Assembly (NCBI GenBank): GCA_902796855.1
Contig: CADBQN010000037.1
Location: forward strand, 761 to 64,760
Reading direction: 5' to 3'
Source: an uncultured Bacillota bacterium
GTDB lineage: Bacteria; Bacillota; Dehalobacteriia; UBA7702
Length of the DNA stretch: 64,000 nucleotides
In this document: positions 55,827 to 64,000 of the stretch, one piece after another
Position numbering within the stretch: position 1 is the first letter of the stretch
Layout: every line of letters begins with the position of its first letter
Notes under the pieces: model-generated
The model's database searches: none
Told to the model about the DNA's origin: nothing
The model's input: only the letters and a program-made list of their open reading frames with translations
Program-made: the position numbers and the translations under genes

Positions 55827-57221
55827 TCAAATATTATGTTTTTTCTTTAACTGTATTACGGTACTTTGTGCGATGTCCAATGCTTTTGCCACCTCGTAAG
55901 AGGATTTATATTTATGATACGCATTGATCAGTAATTGTTTTTCCAGTTCGGCTTTAGCTTTTTTCAGCGGGATGATATCGGAGCAGTGCACTGTAGTTTC
56001 GGTTTTTGCTTCGGGGGAAATCAGCACGGAAAGTGCTTCTCCCGTCAGTTCCGTTCCGTCCTCACTTATCCAAAGCCGTTCCAGGATGTGTTCCAATTCA
56101 CGGATATTACCGGGCCATTCGTAACATAAGAGATGAGATAATATATCTGCCCGAAATGTTTTGCGTCCGTTGTATTTTTTGTTATAACGATTCAGGAAAA
56201 ACAGGGCCAGGAGATAAATATCGTTGCCCCAGGTGCGAAGAGGCGGTACGGTGATGGGGAAGACATTAAGACGATAATAAAGGTCTTCGCGGAAAGTGCC
56301 TTCCTTGCACATGGTTTCCAGGTCGCGGTGGGTCGCCGTAACGATACGGGTATTTATGGGGATCTTTTTGTGACCGCCTACTCGGGTGATGGTTTTTTCC
56401 TGAATAAAATCAAGGAGCTTCACCTGAACCGAAAGGGGCAGTTCCCCGATTTCATCCAAAAATAGGGTTCCGTTGTCGGCAAGTTCCACTTTCCCCACTT
56501 TGCCACCTTTTGCGGCGCCGGTAAAGGCGCCTTCTTCATAGCCGAACAGCTCCGACTCAAATAGATTTTCCGGGATCATTCCGCAGTTGATCTTGATAAA
56601 AGGGCCGCTGCTGTTTTTGCCGAGTTTATGAACCAGCTTGGCGATATCGGTTTTTCCTGTGCCTGTTTCGCCTCGGATCAGGATGCTAATATCCAAGGGT
56701 GCTACTTTTGATAATTCCGTGATGATATGATCATAAACTTTGCCGGAAAGGAATATATCATCGGAGTTGATATATTCCTCCTTCATCCGTGAAAGCAATT
56801 TGATCTCTTGCTGCAGATGGAGATTCTCACGGATCAAACTGTTGCTCAATTCGTTTAATTCGGCAGAGTTTTGCGCGGTGGTGATCACATATTCGATTTC
56901 ACCTTTTTCGTTGAAGATCGGACTGCTGATAGAAACGAGATTTTCTCCTCCGCTTGATTTTAAAACCACTTTACATGTTTTTTTCTCTTTCAGCACTTTC
57001 AATGTGGCGCTGTCGGAAATGGTGCCGTCGTTAACGATGTCGCAGACATTTCGTCCGATGATATTTTGATCGGTTCTTCCGGTGAGAAATTTTGAGATGG
57101 GATTCATGTAAAGAATGGTACCTTTTTGGTCGGTAACAAAAATCTCAAAGATACAATTTTCCACCATTTTTTCAAAAAAGTCTGTGGGGAGAGAGTTTTC
57201 CGAGTGGTTCATATCAATCAT
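55827..57221 (-). CDS. PAS-domain sigma54-dependent transcriptional activator
   Basis: N-terminal PAS, GETGTGK, ESELFGYEEGAFTGA, LFLDEIGE, WPGNIREL, C-terminal HTH. Confidence 0.95.
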   Translation of the reverse strand: MIDMNHSENSLPTDFFEKMVENCIFEIFVTDQKGTILYMNPISKFLTGRTDQNIIGRNVCDIVNDGTISDSATLKVLKEKKTCKVVLKSSGGENLVSISSPIFNEKGEIEYVITTAQNSAELNELSNSLIRENLHLQQEIKLLSRMKEEYINSDDIFLSGKVYDHIITELSKVAPLDISILIRGETGTGKTDIAKLVHKLGKNSSGPFIKINCGMIPENLFESELFGYEEGAFTGAAKGGKVGKVELADNGTLFLDEIGELPLSVQVKLLDFIQEKTITRVGGHKKIPINTRIVTATHRDLETMCKEGTFREDLYYRLNVFPITVPPLRTWGNDIYLLALFFLNRYNKKYNGRKTFRADILSHLLCYEWPGNIRELEHILERLWISEDGTELTGEALSVLISPEAKTETTVHCSDIIPLKKAKAELEKQLLINAYHKYKSSYEVAKALDIAQSTVIQLKKKHNI

Positions 57222-57396
57222 CCTTTTCTGGGTCTTATCTCATTTTTAAGGTCACTGCTTAATATACTTGTTAAATTAATTATATCACAAAAACATGAAT
57301 TCCGGAAGGAACTGTTCGGGGGTATCCTTCCGGTGATTCATGTTTTATTTAAGAAGCGTGAAAACGCTGCTTAGTATGGAGAGGATGAGCCGTTCT

Positions 57397-58317
57397 TTAT
57401 TTTGCGACGGCTTCTGGCTGTGTTTTGGCTTTTCTTGCGCTGCGGAACATGGTGATCGATGTGATGACAAGAACACCGGAAACCATCCATTTAATGGCAT
57501 CAAGAGGAATCGACGTAATGATAAACAATCCGATGAGAACACCTACTGTGCCGGCCAGGCTGACGGCAATGATTGTTTTGATATCATAGAGAGGTTTGCC
57601 GGTTTTCTTATATTCACGAACAAAGCGATAGCTGGCAAAAGGCTGCATGATCGCGGCGGATCCCATAAAGAGGGGATAAGCTACCAAAGGGCTCAACCCG
57701 AGAAGGAATACGGTGGCCATCATAGGGGCATACATCCCGATCCCGATTGTCATAAGAGAACCGAGTATGAAAGCCACTACGCCTAGAACAGCCAGTTTCC
57801 AGCCAAAGAGACCTGTTGCCTCGCCGCCGCCGGGCATCAAGCCGAGCTGACGGGCAACAATGATGGCGGCAACGATGATGAGAGCCACTCCCATGGCATA
57901 CCGAATGGCATTGATATTCAGTTTAGAAACAATGCCTGCACCGATAAAACCGCCCAAACCGCAGCAGGCGGCACTGACGATCAAGGTGATCGGAGCTACT
58001 TCAATGGTCGTGATGGTCCCCAGATTCATAACGATCAACGTAAATAAAGTGCAGGTGTTGAGTGTTCCCGGAATGAGATTATCGGGAACGGCTTTGGTAA
58101 ATTTAAACCATGCGGTTAATGTAGCAAAAGAGCCGATTCCCATAAAATCAAAGAACTGTGTTACAAGACCCGCAAGGCTCAAGTTGATCCAGCCTTTCTT
58201 TTCTTTTAGCGGTTCCCGGAGTTCTTTTTTCTTGAAAACATCGGTAAAAAGATAGGCGAGGACTGCGCCGTTAACCAAAACAACAACAGCGAGAAAGATA
58301 ATTGCTAATGTATCCAT
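57397..58317 (-). CDS. TauE/SafE (TSUP) family permease
   Basis: FFDFMGIGSFAT, IPGTLN, MTIGIGMYAP, AYPLFMGSAA; multiple TM segments. Confidence 0.85.
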   Translation of the reverse strand: MDTLAIIFLAVVVLVNGAVLAYLFTDVFKKKELREPLKEKKGWINLSLAGLVTQFFDFMGIGSFATLTAWFKFTKAVPDNLIPGTLNTCTLFTLIVMNLGTITTIEVAPITLIVSAACCGLGGFIGAGIVSKLNINAIRYAMGVALIIVAAIIVARQLGLMPGGGEATGLFGWKLAVLGVVAFILGSLMTIGIGMYAPMMATVFLLGLSPLVAYPLFMGSAAIMQPFASYRFVREYKKTGKPLYDIKTIIAVSLAGTVGVLIGLFIITSIPLDAIKWMVSGVLVITSITMFRSARKAKTQPEAVAK

Positions 58318-58549
58318 GTGAAACTCCTTTTCTCAGCCGGAATCGGAATATGACAAAAAACGAAAGGTACCGCGATGCAAAACGAATTGTCGTGATATTC
58401 CGTTAAAATAGTTTAGGCCGCGGCAGATTCAGAGAGTCGGCTGTCGCGGCCCGGGAAAAAGCAGTGAGAGAAATAATTTAAAGAAATATGTGAACCGAGG
58501 AGGATCCCGGCGGTAATTATGGCGCTTACCGCCGGTCAAAAAAGTGATC

Positions 58550-59194
58550 TTAGCTTAAAAGTTCCAATGCTTTTTCAACTGCTTCCGCGGCGTCTTCACC
58601 GTAGGCGTCGGCACCGATGCGCTTTGCGAAACGTTCGGTGACGGGCGCGCCGCCAATCATTGTTTTAAAGCGATCCTTTAATCCTCTTTCTTTGAGGATG
58701 TTTTCGAGTTTCTGGCATTCAGCCATGGTGGTGGTCAACAGAGCGGAAGTACCGATGAGCTGTGCGTCATGTTCCACCGCGGCATCAACGATTTTTTCCG
58801 CGGCAACGTCACGGCCGATATCGATCACTTCAATACCCTGGGTTTTGATAAGGGAAGCAACGATACCTTTACCGATGTCATGTACGTCACCCTGTACAGT
58901 AGCAAGGATCATAACGCCCTTCTTTTCCTGAGCGGCGCCGGATTTTGCCATTTCAGCATTGAGTACATCGGATACTTTCTGCATTACATCAGCGGCGAGC
59001 ATCAGTTCGGGAAGGAATACGCGGCCTTTACCGAAGAGGTCACCAACTTCGCGGATACCTGCGGAGAAGCCTTCGGAGAGAACTTCTACCGCGCAACCTT
59101 CCGCAATAGCGTTGTTCATCACTTCAAGAGCAACTTTTTCATCATATTTGACCATGGAATCGATGGCTTGTTTGATCAATGTTTCTTTGGACAT
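58550..59194 (-). CDS. mtbC: Methyltransferase cognate corrinoid protein (MtbC-like)
   Basis: FLPELMLAA, B12 motif GDVHDIGKGIV, SALLTTTM, IGGAP, GADAY. Confidence 0.92.
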   Translation of the reverse strand: MSKETLIKQAIDSMVKYDEKVALEVMNNAIAEGCAVEVLSEGFSAGIREVGDLFGKGRVFLPELMLAADVMQKVSDVLNAEMAKSGAAQEKKGVMILATVQGDVHDIGKGIVASLIKTQGIEVIDIGRDVAAEKIVDAAVEHDAQLIGTSALLTTTMAECQKLENILKERGLKDRFKTMIGGAPVTERFAKRIGADAYGEDAAEAVEKALELLS

Positions 59195-59233
59195 ATTATT
59201 TCCTCCAAATGATTGAGTATAATTAGATTGGGA

Positions 59234-60622
59234 TCAAAGAAGGCCTGCTTCTTTTTTGAATTTGGTTACACTGTTGATGGGAACGTCAAGAATATCGGCA
59301 ATGCGGAATTTTGTCTGAATGCCAAGGCCTGCGTCCGGTCTTACCTGAACCGTACCGATGTTAAGTTCTTCCCTGAGTTCTTTCATTTCGGCACAGTCTG
59401 CAAGATAACTTACAGGACAGTTCAATTTATCCGCGACATATTTTTTTGCGTCGTCGATTTTATAACCTTGAAGCTGCATACGGAAAACGAGGTCGCCGGC
59501 AGTTCTTATGCCGCCCATACCCGCGCATGCTTCATGGGTGAGACCCTGACCGAAGGTGTCTCCACCGCCTACCTACAATCCGTCAACACCGGCGATTTCG
59601 ACCAGAGCCTTATCCACACGGGAAACCGCATCGGCAGAAGGAATGAGGGAAAGCGGGATCGCGCCAACGCCCATGCCTACATTGGCATGAACAGGGATCT
59701 TCGCGACTTTTACGGTTTCTTTGGCAAAGGTTACCACACGGGCAAGATTCCATGCGAGGGATTTGGAGCTGTTGGTATTTACCGCCATACCAAAGATGGA
59801 TACCCCGGCTCTTTCTGCCATTTTTACCTGCTGATGGGGATAAAGGCCGGCAATGATCTCATCGTCAAATTTTAATTCGCCGTGCATACCGATGTTGAAT
59901 TCACCTGCCATACCGACTTCAAAACCGGTGGTGGGGTATTTTTCTCGCAGGATGCGAACGGCTTCGAGGGATGCTTTTACATCAGCGTCGCCGGATGCGC
60001 CAACGGTATCGAAGTTGATGCCGTCTGCGCCGGACTCGATCATGCCCGAGGCAACGTAAACGATATCGCTAATAGCGTGTTCGATTGCTTCTTCCTGAGC
60101 TTCCCTTGCTTCTGTGATCTTACCTGCGGGGAGAAGTTCTGCCCAGTTATCACAAGGACCATCGGGTTTGGTATAGAGCCCCATATTGGGCATCGCACCG
60201 TAAAGCAAAGGCAAAGTGGTCAATAATTGAGCCTGTTCCATTGCCTGGCGTTCTTCGGCTGCAATGGCTTTTAAGGGTTTGTAACTGTAGTCCACATGGC
60301 AAAGTTCAAAACTGTCGGAAGCGAGAGCGCGTTCTTGTGTAATGATGGCCTGCAGACGATCCATGGGGATACCGTTGCGGATGCTGAGTTTCAAGGTACC
60401 CGCGTCATAGGAAAGAACAATCTCTTTTCCCGGTTCCACGGATACGATCTTTTGGGGGCTAGCAATGATTTCATAGAGATAATCCATTTCATCCTGAGTC
60501 ATTGCGGGGATCTGAGCGCGTTCTGCCGCGTCCTGAGTACCGGCTTCGATATCGGCACGGATCTCGGCTTCGGTCATTTCTGCTACAAAGTTGTCGCCGT
60601 AGCGAGTGAGAATTTCAGACAT
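59234..60622 (-). CDS. mtbB: Pyrrolysine-containing dimethylamine:corrinoid methyltransferase family protein (462 aa, UAG at codon 350)
   Basis: The 349-aa and 94-aa ORFs are one frame joined across TAG 59575-59573: AGVDGL-(TAG)-VGGGDTFG..GIRTAGDLV; MtbB motifs DYSYKP, YGAMPNMGLY, ADGINFDT, PHQQ, AWNLAR, GMGVG. Confidence 0.93.
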
Positions 60623-60663
60623 TGAGCATATCCTCCTTCATTTTTTCTTTTGATATTATTTAT

Positions 60664-60679
60664 AGCAATTACCGTGCCA
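60664..60679 (-). promoter_or_regulatory. sigma54 promoter of mtbB-mtbC
   Basis: TGGCACGGTAATTGCT, essentially consensus -24/-12. Confidence 0.9.
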
Positions 60680-60742
60680 AAAAATAATCGCAAATAAATC
60701 ACCTGCTTGATGCGGTGATTGCTGAGGAAGTTATCGATGTAA

Positions 60743-60782
60743 AAAAATTAAGCAATGAAAAAATGATCATTGCTTAATTTTT
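60743..60782. terminator. Inverted repeat after the upstream activator gene (terminator or binding site)
   Basis: AAAAATTAAGCAATGA...TCATTGCTTAATTTTT. Confidence 0.55.
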
Positions 60783-60820
60783 GGATTTGTATGGATCACT
60801 TAAGTCCCTACTAAACGGGG

Positions 60821-60859
60821 ATCAAAAAAATGATTGGCGATAATCAAAAAAATGATTGG
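60821..60859. promoter_or_regulatory. Putative upstream activator sequences
   Basis: ATCAAAAAAATGATTGG repeated exactly at 60821 and 60843 (22-bp period, ATCA-N6-TGAT dyad). Confidence 0.65.
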
Positions 60860-61798
60860 TCATAAATTATGCTTTTTCTTTAGTTTGATCACGGTGCTTT
60901 GGTCAATGCCGAGGGCTCGTGCCACCTCATAGGAGGAGTTGTATTGACTGTATGCTTTGGTAAGCAGCTGTTTCTCGATTTCTGCTTTAGCCTCTTTCAG
61001 AGGTACGATCTCGGAGCAGACGATGCTGTTCCCTACTTCCTCTTTTTTGCTCAGAAGTTTGGTGAGATCGGAACCTGTGATTTCGTTTGTATCTTTATAA
61101 ATATACAGTCGCTCGATGATATGTTCCATTTCTCGGATGTTGCCGGGCCAATCGTGTTGTTTCAGAGGTACCACAACATCTTTGCTGAAGGTTTTTGTCT
61201 TTTCGTATTTCTTATTATATTGGTAGAGAAAGAATTGAGCCAAATGGAGAATATCGTCGCCCCAGTTTCGAAGAGGTGGTACGGTGATGGGGAATACATC
61301 CAATCGGTAGTAAAGGTCCTGACGGAAGGTTCCTTCTTCGCTCATGGCGCGGAGGTCTCGGTGGGTTGCTGCCACGATACGGGTATTGATCGGGATCTTT
61401 TTGTGACCGCCCACTCGTGTGATGGTTTTTTCCTGGATGAAATCCAGCAGTTTTACCTGAACGGGGAGGGGGAGTTCACCGATTTCATCGAGGAACAGCG
61501 TTCCGCCGTCGGCCATTTCGATTTTCCCTTTTTTCCCGGAACGGCTGGCGCCGGTAAAGGATCCGGCCTCATATCCGAAGAATTCCGATTCCAGCAAATG
61601 CTCGGGGATCATGGCGCAGTTGATTTTTACCATGGGTTTATCGCTGCGGGCGCTGAGCTTATGAATAAGATCGGCGGCAACCTCTTTCCCCGTACCGCTT
61701 TCCCCGTCGATCAATACCGTGGCGTCTGTCGGCGCCACTTTCTCAATATTTCGTTCCGCCTCGCGCATCGCGGGGCATCCTCTTTCCCCGGCAATCAA
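60860..61798 (-). CDS. sigma54-dependent activator lacking an N-terminal sensor domain
   Basis: GESGTGK, GSFTGA, LFLDEIGE, WPGNIRE, HTH; starts just before the AAA+ domain (TTG 61798 or ATG 61768). Confidence 0.88.
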   Translation of the reverse strand: MIAGERGCPAMREAERNIEKVAPTDATVLIDGESGTGKEVAADLIHKLSARSDKPMVKINCAMIPEHLLESEFFGYEAGSFTGASRSGKKGKIEMADGGTLFLDEIGELPLPVQVKLLDFIQEKTITRVGGHKKIPINTRIVAATHRDLRAMSEEGTFRQDLYYRLDVFPITVPPLRNWGDDILHLAQFFLYQYNKKYEKTKTFSKDVVVPLKQHDWPGNIREMEHIIERLYIYKDTNEITGSDLTKLLSKKEEVGNSIVCSEIVPLKEAKAEIEKQLLTKAYSQYNSSYEVARALGIDQSTVIKLKKKHNL

Positions 61799-61829
61799 AA
61801 TTTTGCCGTACCGATCCGCGGACCTCCTT

Positions 61830-62372
61830 TTAAAAGGTCAGCTCGGCGTCAATGAGGCGGCAGTAAAGCTGATCGTCCTCCATATAGGTATCGAAAACGC
61901 CGGTCACGGTGATCTCACTGTCAATGGCGGGGTAATCGTCGGGGTAGCTGTGATCTCCCTCCCAGACGAACTCGATGCCCTGGGCGCAGCAGGCGGTGGC
62001 GTCGGCGATGAGGCAGGCGAAATAATTCTGGCTTTCCCCCTCATACACCTGGAACGTCCCGGCCATTTTCACCGATTTGCCGAGATAGGAATCGGGGTCG
62101 TTGACCATATCGAAGACCTGGGAATAGACCATCGTGGCGTTGAGCTCCGTCAGGTCGATGTCATAGCTGCCGCTGTCCGTCCCGGCATCGCCGGAGGAAG
62201 CGGCGTTCCCGCCGCCGTTTTCGTCACCGCCGCCGTTCTCCGCTTCGTCCATGATATCGGAGACCGTCGGCGAAGTGCTGTTATCGCCGCGGCTCGCGGC
62301 GGAATCGCCGCCGCAGCCGACGAAAAAGACAACAAGACACAGCGACAAAAGAATCAAAACTGTTTTTTTCAT
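61830..62372 (-). CDS. Lipoprotein associated with a metal ABC transporter
   Basis: Lipobox FFVGC, YLGKSVKMAG, ACLIADATACCAQGIEF; ends the metal ABC operon. Confidence 0.8.
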   Translation of the reverse strand: MKKTVLILLSLCLVVFFVGCGGDSAASRGDNSTSPTVSDIMDEAENGGGDENGGGNAASSGDAGTDSGSYDIDLTELNATMVYSQVFDMVNDPDSYLGKSVKMAGTFQVYEGESQNYFACLIADATACCAQGIEFVWEGDHSYPDDYPAIDSEITVTGVFDTYMEDDQLYCRLIDAELTF

Positions 62373-63223
62373 GATCTGACACCTCCGGGAATCATACCGA
62401 TCAGATAGCAGAGAGCGAACACGACGATGTCCACGGCGACGATGGTGGAGCCGACGGGCGTACCGCCGACGATGGAAACAACCATCCCCAGCAGGGAACA
62501 GGCCACCGAAAGCACGGCGGAACAGATCGTCACCGAGCGGAAGCTCTTGAAGAGCCGCATCGCCGAAAGCGCCGGGAAGATCACCAGCGCCGAAATGAGC
62601 AGGGAACCGACGAGGTTCATGGCCAGAACGATGATGACGGCGATGATGACGGCGATCAGCAGGTTATAGCCGTTGGCCTTTGTCCCCGCGGCTCTGGCGA
62701 AATCCTCGTCAAAGGTAACGGCGAAGATCTTGTTGTAAAAGAGAATGAACACGGCGACAACGATGACGGAGAGGATGATGCAGAGCCACACCACCGGCAG
62801 GGTCAGCGTCAGGATCGACGTGGAACCGAACAGCGTGGAACAGACGTCGCCGGAGATGTTGGCGGATTTGGAGAACAGGTTCATCAGCAGATAGCCGATG
62901 GCCAGGGAGCCGACGGAGATCATGGCGATGGCGGCGTCCCCCTTGATCTTCGCGTTCTGCCCGGTGCGCAGCAGCAGCACGGCGCAGGCCACGGTAATCA
63001 CCAGCACCAGCGGCATTTCGTTGCTCATGTCGAGGATCGTCGCCACGGCCAGCGCGCCGAAGGCCACGTGGGAGAGACCGTCGCCGATGAAGGAGAACCG
63101 TTTCAGCACCAGCGTCACGCCGAGGAGCGAGGAGCAGAGGGCGATGAGCACACCGACGATGAGGGCGTAGCGGACGAAGGGATATTGAAAATAGAGAAAG
63201 AGCTTTTCCCAAAGGGCGTCCAT
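62369..63223 (-). CDS. Zn/Mn ABC transporter permease (ZnuB-like)
   Basis: GDGLSHVAF, LFGS, TFDEDFA, VGSLLISAL. Confidence 0.93.
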   Translation of the reverse strand: MDALWEKLFLYFQYPFVRYALIVGVLIALCSSLLGVTLVLKRFSFIGDGLSHVAFGALAVATILDMSNEMPLVLVITVACAVLLLRTGQNAKIKGDAAIAMISVGSLAIGYLLMNLFSKSANISGDVCSTLFGSTSILTLTLPVVWLCIILSVIVVAVFILFYNKIFAVTFDEDFARAAGTKANGYNLLIAVIIAVIIVLAMNLVGSLLISALVIFPALSAMRLFKSFRSVTICSAVLSVACSLLGMVVSIVGGTPVGSTIVAVDIVVFALCYLIGMIPGGVRS

Positions 63224-63924
63224 CAGCGATCCCCTCCTTTCCCGAAACCGCTGGCGGCGGCGGTCAGATACTCCTCTTTCGTGCCGAAAAAGACGGCGCC
63301 GCCGACGCGGAGGATGTGACTGCCGTAGCGCAGGGCGGCGTCGATGTCGTGGGAGATCATGATGACCGTGATGCCGTCCTCACCGTTGAGCCTGGCGATG
63401 AGGTCATACATCTCCCCGGTGACCTGGGGATCGAGACCGGAAACCGGCTCGTCCAGCAGGAGCATCTTCCCGGTGGCGCAGAGCGCCCGGGCCAGCAGAA
63501 CGCGCTGCTGCTGACCGCCGGCAAGCTCCCGAAAGCACCGTTTTGTCAGGGGTGTGAGCCCCATCTTGGCGATGTTTTCCGCGGCGAGGGCCTTTTCCGC
63601 CCTGCCGTAGAAGGGGCGCAGGCCGCGGCGGCCCTGACAGCCGGAGAGCACGACCTCCCAGACGGAGGCGGGGAAATCCCGCTGAATGGCGGTCTGCTGC
63701 GGCAGATAGCCGATCTCCGTCCGTTTCAGTCCGTCCCCGGTCAGGACGCGGCCGCCGAGAGGGGCGCGCAGACCGAGGATCGTCTTCATCAGCGTCGATT
63801 TCCCGGAGCCGTTCTCCCCGACGACGCAGAGATAATCGCCGGCCTCCACCTGAAAATTCAAATCCTTTAAAATCGCTTTCCCTTCGTAGCCGAGGGAAAG
63901 GTCTTCACAGATGAGCTGTGCCAT
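63223..63924 (-). CDS. Zn/Mn ABC transporter ATPase (ZnuC-like)
   Basis: GENGSGKST, YLPQ, LAGGQQQR, LLDEP, ISHD. Confidence 0.93.
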   Translation of the reverse strand: MAQLICEDLSLGYEGKAILKDLNFQVEAGDYLCVVGENGSGKSTLMKTILGLRAPLGGRVLTGDGLKRTEIGYLPQQTAIQRDFPASVWEVVLSGCQGRRGLRPFYGRAEKALAAENIAKMGLTPLTKRCFRELAGGQQQRVLLARALCATGKMLLLDEPVSGLDPQVTGEMYDLIARLNGEDGITVIMISHDIDAALRYGSHILRVGGAVFFGTKEEYLTAAASGFGKGGDR

Positions 63925-63941
63925 GTTCTTTCAACTTCTCC

Positions 63942-64000
63942 TTACTGAAGCGCTTTTTTGAGGACGGCGAGGTTATCCTCCATCACCGAAAGATAGGTCA
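63942..64000 (-). CDS. Zn/Mn ABC substrate-binding protein, C-terminal fragment
   Basis: TYLSVMEDNLAVLKKALQ*, a typical ZnuA/AdcA C-terminus. Confidence 0.75.
   Translation of the reverse strand, partial: TYLSVMEDNLAVLKKALQ

Noticed and set aside
59234-60622. mtbB as a nonsense pseudogene or two separate genes
   Set aside because: The single stop is TAG at the known Pyl position and both parts are intact and in frame.
1-64000. CRISPR array, prophage, IS element or selenocysteine read-through
   Set aside because: No spaced repeats, phage or transposase motifs seen; TGA stops in redox genes fall at natural ends.

Overview
High-GC chromosomal window from an anaerobic, probably spore-forming Firmicute (Clostridia-like; yqfC/yqfD, T-boxes, SLH domains). 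Core backbone: yqfC-yqfD-phoH-HD hydrolase-ybeY-dgkA-DUF3048-era-mgtE-recO-glyQS-PPDK regulator-ppdK, mazG-hup-yabO, comEA/comEC and tRNA-Ile2(CAT). Accessory content: (1) a sigma54-driven redox operon (Fe-S protein, shortened AOR-like protein, FAD/NAD oxidoreductase, GlcD/GlcF-like pair, a lipoate-binding GcvH-family protein with the LbpA-like ESGKWVG motif, and an HdrB-like gene missed by the ORF track); (2) a Moco/Tuco-like riboswitch ahead of a type II ABC importer plus mobA; (3) an oxidative-stress cluster; (4) a Trp-specifier T-box ahead of iorAB and an aryl-acetate CoA ligase, suggesting Trp synthesis from indole-3-acetate; (5) a lower-GC island with an MtbB-family methyltransferase carrying an in-frame amber (pyrrolysine) codon, its corrinoid protein, a TauE-type permease, a near-perfect sigma54 promoter and two paralogous sigma54 activators. 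No pyl genes, CRISPR array, integrase or transposase were seen. All calls come from reading motifs by eye; no searches were run.
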